The translations under genes were made by a program, and so were the position numbers. The notes below the pieces were generated by a model, which was not told where the DNA came from, searched no databases, and saw only the letters and a list, made by a program, of their open reading frames with translations. Positions 1 to 10,340 of a stretch of 64,000 bases of DNA are shown here, piece by piece; position 1 is the first letter of the stretch, and every line of letters begins with the position of its first letter. The DNA comes from Podarcis vaucheri (Eukaryota). The DNA lies in NCBI GenBank assembly GCA_965113315.1, contig OZ220368.1; one strand, written 5' to 3'.

Positions 1-84
1 CAGAACACTCACTCCTGAGTTTGTGGCATTCGGGAGCCAAAACGTTTGAGTCACAAGGCATTCGACAACCAAGGTATGACTGTA
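1..84. mobile_element. Right end of a Tc1/mariner-pogo-like non-autonomous element (cut by window edge)
   Basis: Ends ...ccaaggtatgactg|ta, similar to the end of the element at 61775-61966. Confidence 0.45.
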
Positions 85-345
85 CTCCTTTAACATACAA
101 AAGAATAAGAAATGACACACAAAAGAATAAACAGCACAACATCTGCTCAGGGGTAGGGGATGCTGGAGGTGACAGGGGGGGGAGAGAGAGAGAGAGAGAG
201 AGGAAGCTCTATTGTATTTGCAGAAGTCAATTGCACCCATAGACCTGAAACATTGGCTATGACCCTTGGATTGTCATGTATCTAGCAGCACCTTTGTTCT
301 TGATGGCCTTCTCATCATTTGCCTAGATAGTTGGATTTTCATCCC

Positions 346-597
346 TGTTGTGTACTGAAGTTCTCACCCTGGGCCAGCAGCGGAATACTGTAGATAGTTT
401 TCACTCAGGTCCACATATGCAAATAAGGGATTGAAAGTGACGTTCAGTGATTGGATAGTTACAGAAATTTGTTACAGTTGCATTGTAGTGGAGCTCTATA
501 TAAGCAGGCTGGCTGAACCCTTTGGTTCAGTTATGTTCTGGCCTGTGAATAAACAAGAGCTGTTTGAAGAATTGCTGTGTCGTCCCACAACTTAACA
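346..597 (+). mobile_element. Solo LTR, family A copy 1
   Basis: TGTT...AACA termini; perfect 5-bp TSD ATCCC (341-345 / 598-602); octamer ATGCAAAT 417-424, TATATAAG 497-504, AATAAA 548-553; close second copy at 6767. Confidence 0.85.
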
Positions 598-1040
598 ATC
601 CCCTTTTTGCAATCCCCAGAAACAGCTGGCTGGGTTGGGCAGAGCCGCTATGCTATTTTCCCTCTTTCGAAATAAGATTCATAACAACAACAACTACTAC
701 TACTACTTTTTATTTATCCCCAGCCACTCTGGGTGGCTCCCAACAGAATAATAATAATAATAATGTGATCAAACATTAAAAACTTCCCTCATCAGGTGGG
801 CGAGTGTGGGAGAGAGGGGGGGCATGCATGATTTATTCTAGTGCTATCACAGTCACAACTGCATAAAAGCAAACTAGTTACAGTGACCATTGAAGAGGCC
901 ATGTTAGTGACAAGGAGCACAAACACATTGGCCTTGGTAAATGTATCTTAACTTTGGAGCAGACGTGTTAGACTGCATTGGAAAATGCCTTACTAATTGT
1001 CCTTTGGGGAGAAAAATGCAAGTATAGATGATTTTCTTGA

Positions 1041-1043
<3 letters not shown>

Positions 1044-1072
<29 letters not shown>
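1044..1072. repeat. (CA)n microsatellite
   Basis: Read directly; others at 182-201 (GA)n, 8330-8351 (TG)n and 49550-49578 (TG)n. Confidence 0.9.
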
Positions 1073-1074
<2 letters not shown>

Positions 1075-1894
1075 CTAATTGTAGCTTGGGAGAGCAAGGG
1101 GATTCAGAATGGAAAATAGATCCATGACAAGGGTTCATATGTCTACTTCCAGTGCTCCAATCAACTTCAGAGACCCCTGCATCTGTTTTAAGGTAAAAGA
1201 AGGAAAGGAAACAAAAAAGTTCAGAGAGCCAATCATGAATTTCCCGCATCGTGTGTGGTTTGTCCCTCATCTAGCTTGCTAGTCAAGGTTGTGTATTTAT
1301 TTTGTTATCTAAAGGCATACACCAGTTTCAGCAAGAAATCTCAAGGAGGTTGCAATTATGTTCAATCCAATGGCTCATCTGCCAACATCCAGAAGAGGGC
1401 AGTAATCATAATAATGTTTAGGGGTATTCTCTTTTTGACTCAAGAAAATCACCATTTTATAGTTCAAATCAGGGGGAAATAAATACAGTAAATGGACAAA
1501 AGTACAAAGAATCACAAATGTTTAGGGATATGCATACCCCTGCGTACCCCCAGGGGAAAAAAGCACTGCATCTATCCATTTTCACTATCCTTAGCTCTAT
1601 GGAGAAATGATTGATTTCTCCCTTTTTGTTGGAGAAACAGCATCTCTGTTTCAAAACGCTGCTGCTTTGCACCTAGTTGATGAGGGTATGGATAGATGAA
1701 ACAAAACTATTGGTTGCCATTAGAATCAAAGAGGGGTGTGTGTCTTTAGCACATCATCTCAGTGTTCTGTCAATGGATCTATAACAGGGTTGGGGAATTG
1801 GATCCGGACAGAGGACTGGAACCAGAAACGATCAACCCTCAATGGACCACTGTGATTACAAAATGGCATTTGAGAATCATGTTGAGTATTACAG

Positions 1895-2232
1895 TGTTAT
1901 GTACTGAGTTGAATAGGATCCAAAATGCAGCAGTCTGATTGGTCCTAGAACAATAGGATTCAGAACGCAGCAGCCTGATTGGTCCTAGAACAATATGCTC
2001 CAGAATGCAGCAGTCTGACTGGTCCACAGGAGCCACCCAATCCAGCTCCAGGTGGAAGTGAATCCGCGAACTGATTGGCCTTCAGGAGAATCCCGGAATT
2101 AGCCAGTCACATGGGGCTCATTGTGTAAATAATGTACATAAGTCAGACATTCTGGGGGAACTTCCATTCCTCCTCACCACTATGAGCTAAATAAAGAGCA
2201 TGAAATCCACTCTCGACTCCGAGTATATTTCA
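1895..2232 (+). mobile_element. Solo LTR, family B
   Basis: TG...CA termini; perfect 5-bp TSD TACAG (1890-1894 / 2233-2237); three 40-bp tandem units with CTGATTGG-type boxes; AATAAA near 2190. Confidence 0.85.
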
Positions 2233-2422
2233 TACAGTAAAGGGAGGAGGGCTTGCTAGGAGTTGGGGAAGTGGGGCTGGCAGTGTTGGAGAGCAGCGGC
2301 AGCTCCTAGTGTATAATATAAATGATCCTATCCTGATTTCTTTAAAACATGGAATTAAGTGCTCTATACTAATAAAAAAAATGCTAGTGCAAAACCACCT
2401 AATTATCTTCTATGTTACTGAT

Positions 2423-3798
2423 CCAAGAGGAATATGTTTCACCTTTGGTGGACATGCCCAAAGGTTAAGGCCTTCTGGGAAATGATCTATAATGAACTAA
2501 AAAAGGTATTTAAATATACTTTTCTTAAGAAACCAGAGGCCTTCCTTTTGGGCATTGCCGGCCAAATGGTGTCAAAGAAGGACAGAACTTTCTTTATGTA
2601 TGCGACAACAGCAGGAAGAATACTGATTGCAAAATACTGGAAGACCCAAGATTTGCCCACCTTGGAAGAATGGCAGATGCAAGTGATAGACTATATGGAG
2701 TTGGCAGAAATGACTGGCAGAATCCAAGACCTGGGAGAAGAGTTAGTGGAAGAGGATTGGAAGAAGTTTAAAGACTACTTGCAAAAACATTGTAAAATGT
2801 TGGAATGTTAAAATGTTGGAATGCTACAATGATGCAAGATATAAAGACAAGGTGGCATTAGTGATATAAGTAAGAGGAGTATGCAACAAACGTTTCAAAA
2901 GATAAGGGTGAAAAAATTAGAATACACTGTGTCAAACGTATTCAAAAGGATATAAAGGGGAAAATTGGAGACACAATGGGTTGAAAAGCATAATATAGAT
3001 TAAGATTTGAAAGAGGGTAAGATATTGCTGAATATGATTTGTAAAAAGGAACACAGAAAAGGGAGATGTGAGGAAGTCAGGAAGTAGGGTTATGAAAACA
3101 ATAAGTTAAAATTTGGATTTTTATGTCTTTTTTATGCCTTTTTTATGTTTTTTTCTCTTTGTTTCTATGTTTTTATTGCATTTATCTGTTTTGCTTTGTG
3201 TGTGATAATGTGGTTTCCTTTTTGGTTTGATTGGAAGGTTGGTTTTATTGTTTAAAATCTCAATAAATATTTTGTAAAAAAAAAAAAAAAGGAATATGTT
3301 GATGGCATTTTACCAATGTATTCTTGAGAGTGTATTAACTTATGGTCTGTGTGTGTGGTTTGGGAGCTGCACGGTCAGGGAAAAAACAATGTTGTCCAGG
3401 GTGGTAAAGACTGTGAAGAGAAGCACTCTCCCTACCTTGGATCAAATCTATGCTTCCAGGTGCCATAAGAAAGCTGCAGAGGTAGTGCAGGATAGTGCGC
3501 ACCCCGGAAAGGATCTCTTTCAGCTTTTGCCTTCTGGAAGAAGGTACAGGGTTATAAAGCCTAGGACTAGCTGTCTGAGAAACAGTTTCTACTCAAATGC
3601 GATTTTGGTTTTAAACGCAGTGTAAGGTAATCTCTATGGGAGTATATTGTATTTAATTATGGGGTATCAGAGTTTTTAGAGGGCTAACCAGGCTGGGATA
3701 GCTGGCTTGTTGGTTTCTGAATGTCTGATGTAGATTTTCAATTTTGTTGTTCTGTATGGGACAATGACAATAAAGATTATCGCATCGTATCATATCAG
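2423..3798 (+). mobile_element. 5'-truncated Rex1/Babar-type LINE interrupted by the L1
   Basis: ORF 3296-3625 MLMAFYQCILESVLTYGLCVWFGSC...FQLLPSGRRYR...RNSFY is typical of the Rex1 RT C-terminus; AATAAAG + (TATCG)-like tandem tail; flanking repeat TATGTTACTRAT (2411-2422 / 3799-3810). Confidence 0.8.
2439..3290 (+). mobile_element. 5'-truncated L1-clade LINE (ORF2 C-terminus, 3' UTR, poly-A)
   Basis: [17 protein letters not shown]... (L1/Tx1 ORF2 Cys-rich tail); AATAAA + poly-A; TSD GGAATATGTT (2429-2438 / 3291-3300); homologous to the copy at 37258. Confidence 0.88.
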
Positions 3799-3811
3799 TA
3801 TGTTACTAATA

Positions 3812-4648
3812 CAGTGGTGCCTCGCAAGACGTAATTAATTCATTCCGCGAATTTTTCCGTCTAGCGAATTTTTCATCTTGCGAAGCACGAAATCCCATAG
3901 GAATGCATTGAAAATCAATTAATGTGTTCCTATGGTCAAAAACAGTCCAAACAAAGCCAAATTTGGTACAACAAGAGTTTATTAAGTGCTCTTTAAAGTC
4001 ACACATACTGTAAAGAGCATTTCAAAATTCAAACCCAGAATTTTTTTAAAAAAACAGCAGAGTTGCCCAATGGTCACAGAAATCATAAAAATGCAGAAAA
4101 AAACACACAAGCTTACAGATTCTTGCAAACCCCTCCCCAACTGTTCCCCCAGCCATCCAGCACACAGAAATTCAAATCCAGAATTTTTTTAAAAAAAACA
4201 GCAGAGTGTCCCAATGGTCACAGAAAATCATAAAAATGCAGGAAAAAAAACACAAGCTTCCAGATTCTTGCAAACCCCTCCCCAACACCAAGTCCTTGAA
4301 TTCCAAACACACCAACCCAAAATCCAAACCCCCCAAAAAAAGTTTTAAAAGCTTAACTTACCAAATGGCTGCAAAAGAAGTTTTGGAAAAGCTTCAAAAA
4401 TCACCAAAGTCTTTAAAAACCTCAAAAAAGGCTACTATGTACACTGCGTTCTATGAGTTGCTCCTCGAAGTCAAGTCGCAACTGTATTAACGGTGTTAAG
4501 AAAAAGGAAACAAACTTGCAAGACGTTTTCGTCTTGCGAAGCAAGCCCATAGGGAAATTCGTCTTGCGAAGCAGCTCAAAAAACGGAAAACCCTTTCGTC
4601 TAGTGAGTTTTCCGTCTTGCGAGGCATTCGTCTTGCGGGGCACCACTG
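3812..4648. mobile_element. Non-autonomous Tc1/mariner-pogo DNA transposon (family X, long copy)
   Basis: TA TSD; TIRs CAGTGGTGCCTCGCAAGACG / CGTCTTGCGGGGCACCACTG; internal ~115-bp direct repeat (about 4026-4140 and 4168-4284). Confidence 0.88.
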
Positions 4649-4665
4649 TATAATATGCTCATCCT

Positions 4666-4785
4666 GGATAGCTCAGTTGGTTAGAGCATGGTGCTGATAA
4701 CGCCAAGGTTGCGGGTTCAATCCCCGTATGAGACAGCTGAATATTCCTGCACTGCAGGAGTCCTTCAATCTCTATGATTCTATGA
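4666..4785 (+). mobile_element. tRNA-Ile-derived SINE with CR1-type tail
   Basis: A box TAGCTCAGTTGG, anticodon loop CTGATAA, B box GGTTCAATCC, tail (ATTCTATG)n; lacks a proper acceptor stem. Confidence 0.8.
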
Positions 4786-5240
4786 ATATGAATAGATAAT
4801 GCTGAAAGGACCCTTAGCCATAGCAAATTTGATAGGTGTGACCTTTAGTTGATGTTGCATAGTAAGATAGATAGACAGACAGACAGATATACATATCTCT
4901 CTCTGTGTGTAGACGCATGTTTTTACAGGTTTTTCAAAAGGAACATGACCCTACTTATCAAATATTTTCCCTTACCCACACAAAACACAGATTCTTATGG
5001 GGGAATGATGCATAGTGTTGAAGGTTTGAAGGCAAATGTGTTTTAGTGGTAATACTCTGGATAGTGTTTGATATTAACCGCCTTTTCTCTCACCTTATGC
5101 ATTTCCATAGTTTTTGAACGCTGAAATAAACGTGGAAAATAAAAAGCAGTACTGTATCATAGGTTTTTATTTCATTCCCCCTTCCCTCTTTTTTCTTTTC
5201 TTTTTTTACTAATAGGTGGAAATTTTTCATTAAACAGATA

Positions 5241-5466
5241 CAGTGGTACCTCGGGTTAAGTACTTAATTCGTTCCGGAGGTCCGTTCTTAACCTGAAACT
5301 GTTCTTAACCTGAATCACCACTTTAGCTAATGGAGCCTCCCGCTGCTGCTGTGCCATCACCACGCAATTTCTGTTCTTATCCTGAAGCAAAGTTCCTAAC
5401 CCGATGTACTATTTCTGGGTTAGCAGAGTCTGTAACCTAAAGCGTATGTAACCCTAGGTACCACTG
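5241..5466. mobile_element. Tc1/mariner-pogo MITE (family Y copy 1)
   Basis: TA|CAGTGGTACCTCGGGTTA...TAACCCTAGGTACCACTG|TA; three copies in the window. Confidence 0.88.
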
Positions 5467-6766
5467 TAATATAATCTTACTGCATCATCTGCCCTTAATA
5501 ACATTACCATGCTGTACTAATTTAAATATCTGGAAGTTGGCCACTTGCTCTGAACACTCTCATTTGAACTAAAACAACAATCCAGTCCTATATGCATATC
5601 TATTCAGAAGCAAGTTTCATTGAATTCAATGGGACTTACTCCCAGGTAAGTGAATACAGAATTGCAGCCTATGATGCCTTAATAACATTGAACCTCTAGC
5701 AACAGTTGGTTAAAATTGTTGGGATACTGCCAGGGAGATAAAGTCCATCATGGCCCCAAGCCGTCTGCCGGACGATCCATCGATCTCCTGTAGGCACGCA
5801 GTATCAGCCATTAGCGACATGAATTTCCAGAAAATATCTTGCCACATTCTAGACCTCATGCACACTCTGTCAGCAGATAATGCACAGCCAAAAGTTGCAC
5901 TCAGGAGAGTATTATTTTCAAGTTTTATTCAGCGTTGATCAGAACAAAGAAAGACATGACTGCCTGCGTCAGTGTCTCCAGACAGAGAGAAACGAAAGCA
6001 ACGACACAACAGAAGCATCCTGTGAAAACAGGAAATACGCAGGCTGTGACACAAACATCCTGCTCCCTTTTAAGGTGGAACGGAAATATCCTAACAAAAA
6101 TATGTTAGTTATTTCAAATGAAAGAAGCAGAAATGTATCGATGAGTAAGAAAACTTCTGGAAAGGGCAGGATTTATTAAAGCTTTTCATACTGTACCCTG
6201 TTCAAATGGGTATCTGAGGGTGGGTTTGGGTTTTACAATTAAGTGATTTATACTTTTTCCTAAATAAATGAATAAAATATGCCAGAATGTTGGTGTTGTG
6301 GGGTTGGTTTTTTTGGGGGGGGGGGGTTGCAGCTTCAAAATCCTACCTTCAGGTATATAGATCATGTTTGGCTAAAACATGTAGTGCAAATATAACCATT
6401 CACATAGCATTCAAAAATACCTAGTCTAGCAAAAGCCAGTATATTTGATTCAGTCACAGCTTATTTTTAGGCTGGCTAGCTATCAAACTCCCACAAGTTC
6501 TTGCAGTCTTTCCAAGGAGAGACTGAAAGGTCACAGGTCTCTGGAAGATCCAAAAACATTCATATCCGTTGCAGCTTGGGTCAGCCTTTATTTCATTACA
6601 GGGGTCCTGCTCTTTTAATAGTTCCATGGCAGGCAGAAGTTTAATAGATGCAGCACTCTCAGCACAGAAAGGAAGAAGACCCTGTTGAATTTCTATATGC
6701 CTTGTATTATGAAACAAGTGGTGTTTTCCAGCATCCCTGCAATGTAAACATGTGCAAAACAATAAC

Positions 6767-7280
6767 TGTTATGTACTGAAGTTCTCACTCTGGGCCAGCA
6801 GGGGGATACTGTAGATAGTTTTCACTCAGGTCCACTTATGCAAATAAGGGATTGAAAGTGACGTTCAGTGATTGGATAGTTACAGAAAATGGTTACTATT
6901 GCGTTCTAGTGGAGCTCTATACAGTGGTACCTCGGGTTAAGTACTTAATTCGTTCTGGAGGTCCGTACTTAACCTGAAACTGTTCTTAACCTGAAGTACC
7001 ACTTTAGCTAATGGGGCCTCCTGCTGCTGCCGCGCCGCTGGAGCACGATTTCTGTTCTCATCCTGAAGCAAAGTTCTTAACCTGAAGCACTATTTCTGGG
7101 TTAGCGGAGTCTGTAACCTGAAGCGTATGTAACCTGAGGTACGTATGTATGTAACCTGAGGTACCACTGTATAAGCAGGCTGGCTGAACCCTTCAGTTCA
7201 GTTCTGTTCTGGCCTGTGAATAAACAAGAGCTGTTTGAAGAATTGCTGTGTCATCTGATATGTTCACCCACAACTTAACA
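6767..7280 (+). mobile_element. Solo LTR, family A copy 2, interrupted by a MITE
   Basis: Aligns with 346-597; TSD ATAAC/ACAAC (1 mismatch). Confidence 0.82.
6922..7169. mobile_element. Tc1/mariner-pogo MITE (family Y copy 2) nested in the LTR
   Basis: TIRs CAGTGGTACCTC / GAGGTACCACTG; TA duplication inside TATATAAG. Confidence 0.9.
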
Positions 7281-8900
7281 ACAACAATGCAACAAATGAT
7301 GCAGTTAGCATCTTACCAGATGAGCCATAGGCTTTCTTCATTGTTGCACACACAACCCAAAAAGTATGCTTTGCCTTTCAAGTTAAGGCAACTCTCCAAT
7401 ATTATTCTAAGGAGTTCAAATTTAGGGCGTGCCCCAGAATTGGAGGTTCAGTGCTTTGCACCCATGCAGTTTCCCTGCCTCTTATATCTTCCATAACCCA
7501 TCTAATCTCTATTATTGCTGCTCCAGCTCCTATTATATATTAGGTTCAGAGAAAGAAAGAATAAAAGGCTTCCACCCTCTCCTTTTAGACGTCCAAGATC
7601 AGGAGTTTACAAGAGGAAGCAGGGAGACTTGCAAAGCTGTGTACTTGACAGTCATATGACATAATAATCTAGGTCATGTATGATTGTGCTTCCAAAAGTT
7701 ATGGGTCCATGTCCTGCCCACTGCAAGACTGGCTAGAGATGGAGGCAAGCAATAGGCCATTTTCTGACAATGCATGCAGCGTGGCTCAGGTTATTGCAAG
7801 CTGTCATCTGTACTGCAAGTGGCTAATTTGAGGTTTCACTACTGCAACAATGTCATGAAGAGCTTTGGGAAAACAGAAATACGTATGCATAAGCTTTAGT
7901 AATGTGCATTCCCACCATTCCTTTTTTGCACCTCACTTTGCTCATATCTCAATGTTTCATTGCTGTGTCTGTTTGTATGCAGAAGTGTGAGTTTCCCCCA
8001 TATGGTTTGCGGTTATGCTTTGGCCTGTGTCAAACAGGAATTATGTTGACATCAGGGAAACATATTGCATGTTCAGCTTTCATTTTATTTTAAGATCCTT
8101 GCATTACTTGCACATTCCAGAACGACATTGTTCACGTGAAATGCTATTCTTGTGCAAAAACACCCAGAACGTTTCAGAAAAAAAAATTGAGGGGATCCCT
8201 GCAGCATGCAGATAAAGTGATGCTGACTTGAACAATGACCTATGGGGAGGAACCGTAGAGACCCAGAAGAGGAAACAAGAAGTGGAGGGAATGTAGGAGG
8301 GGGAGAAACAGAGATAATGATAGGGCACTCTGTGTGTGTGTGTGTGTGTGTTCAAATAGGGTGGACAAGACCACGGAGAACTTAAATCCAGAGCCTACAT
8401 AAATATGGCAGATAGCATAGACAGGCAGCTATGAGCAGGCTATAACTGATTACACACAAATTCCATGCTTCAGAGTCACAGCAGGATATATAAACCCCTG
8501 GTGACAGTGTATATAAGCACCGCTATAGATAATATGATTAACTAATCCATCAAACATGTTAAACAGATCCAGATCCACACTTCAGTGTTGGAATTTGGCT
8601 TAAGGTCTGGATTTTTTTGAGGTTCAATAAATTATGGTATCTCTTGGCTTTTGAGGTCTACAGGAATTTTAAAAGCTGCAGCAGCTTCTGAAAGCAGAAA
8701 TCAAAGACTGCCCGCTAGTTACATACACAATTAAGCAGCAGGATCTCAATTTAGAGCTCTGATTCTCCAAGAGCAGCACTTTAAGCAGAATTTGAGCAGG
8801 TGCAGGTTTTTCCATGGAGTGGTGAAGAAGTGATGGGGAATCTGCACTAGTAACAGAGGATGAAATACCTGATAGAAACCAGTATTTGATTATAAATTTA

Positions 8901-9065
8901 AAAAAATTGTCCAGTAGCACATTGGAGACCAAGAATATGAAGAAGTGTGCATGCACACAAAAGCTCATACTCAGAACAAACTTAGTCGGTCTCCAAGGTG
9001 CTACTGGACAATTTTTTTTTTTATATTTTGACTGTGTCAGACCAACATGGCTAACTACCTGAATC
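8901..9065 (+). mobile_element. Penelope-like element terminal remnant
   Basis: 30-bp inverted repeats (8901-8930 / 8988-9017, 1 mismatch) around a hammerhead-like core; matches my recollection of squamate Penelope ends (...GGTCTCTAAGGTGCTACTGGAC...GACCAACACGGCTACC). Confidence 0.7.
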
Positions 9066-9556
9066 CAATATTTCATTTTCTGCCTTTAGAAATGTCACAT
9101 GAGCCAAAGAAATATGGAAAAGCAAAATATGTCCAAAAGCTTCTGATGACCAGGGAGGTAATTTATGCCTCTTTAGGAGGGGAGACTGGTCCTTACATGC
9201 CTTAAAGGCAACTCCAAACAAGTTCAGGACCTGCATTGTCTTTCCAGGTACAGATGGAACAAAAAGACAAAGCTTGGCGTTGTTTTTTGAGACTTTGGCT
9301 TATGGGGATTTATTTATTTAAATATTATTTAAAAGGTCCCAGGGCAAGTTACAAAACAGAAAAGAACAATGCCACAATATATAAGTATATATATATGACA
9401 TACATATAAATGAAACAACCCAGCCACAAAGTCACTGAAGCCGAAGGCAATTTTTATTTATTTATTCGGGGAGCTTTTCTCCAAAACGATGAGGTCGAGG
9501 TCTGGAAAATAACAACACCAGCAAGAAGTAAATAAGCACCTGATGGTAGATCCACC

Positions 9557-9747
9557 CATGGGCGTAGCCAGGATTTTTGTTCGGGGGTGCGGTGGGCGAA
9601 CAGCCAAAGTTGTTGAGCTTCTTTTAGGAAATCAAGTTGAGCTTTTAGGAAAACAAGTTGAGCTTTTCTTGGTAAAAATACCCCGTAAATAGGACTTTGC
9701 GCGCGGGGAGGGAGCAGCAGGCTTCTTGGGGGGGGGTGAAGAACCCC
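9557..9747. mobile_element. Partial hAT-like element (left end only)
   Basis: Starts CATGGGCGTAGCCAGGATTTT; three ~21-24-bp repeats of AAGTTGAGCTTTTAGGAAA; no matching right TIR found. Confidence 0.5.
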
Positions 9748-9763
9748 AGATAAATGAATACTG

Positions 9764-9901
9764 CAGTGGCGTAGCGTGGGAGGTGCAGGGGGGACCGGGC
9801 GCAACATCTGGGGGTTAGGGTTAGGGGGCGCAAATCCACGGGTTAGGGGGCGCAAATTACTTGCCTTGCCCCGGGTGCTGACAACCCACGCTACGCCACT
9901 G
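9764..9901. mobile_element. hAT MITE at the promoter edge
   Basis: Perfect 17-bp TIR CAGTGGCGTAGCGTGGG; 8-bp TSD GAATACTG/GAATACTT. Confidence 0.88.
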
Positions 9902-10244
9902 GAATACTTTCAATGCTTTTCAAGCTTGGCGGGGTGACCGGGGCTCAGTATAGTAGCTGCTGCTTCGCCCGAAGCGGCATTTGCGGGATTCCACCGCCTG
10001 TTGCCTCTGACGTTTCCATGACAACCACACCCCTCCTCCCCTCCATTCACGTTCGGGCATTGGCCTCGCCTCGCCTCCCTCCGCACGTGATCGCGGCGGC
10101 GCTCTCCCCCCCCCTCTTCCCCCACGCTCATCCGGGCTTCAGCAGGCCGCTTCCGGGTGGGTGTGGGGCTCGGCGTTGTCCTGCCCTGAGGCGGCGGCGG
10201 CGGGAGGCGGGCCAAAGGAGGAGGAGGAGGAGGTTCCCGTCAAC

Positions 10245-10319
10245 ATGGCGGCGCGCAGAGCGGGCGGCGGCGGTGGCAGCGGCCGCCGGAGCGGGAGCAG
10301 CAGCAGCGGCAGCGCCTGA
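10245..10319 (+). promoter_or_regulatory. Upstream ORF (24 aa) in the putative USP24 5' UTR
   Basis: aacATGG strong Kozak context; MAARRAGGGGGSGRRSGSSSSGSA-TGA; same frame as the main ATG and ends 21 nt before it. The TSS is unknown. Confidence 0.6.
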
Positions 10320-10340
10320 GGCGTCGCGGAGCGAGGCGCC

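Noticed and set aside
1912-2030. 40-bp repeats resembling a CRISPR-like array
   Set aside because: Head-to-tail units with no unique spacers, inside a eukaryotic LTR
4666-4740. Possible tRNA-Ile(GAT) gene
   Set aside because: No proper acceptor stem or poly-T terminator; it runs into a CR1-like tail and has a second copy, so it is a SINE
346-7280. Two family A LTRs in direct orientation 6.4 kb apart, suggesting a full-length LTR retrotransposon or provirus
   Set aside because: Each LTR has its own different TSD, no PBS or PPT is evident, and the interval holds unrelated LINEs and MITEs rather than gag/pol
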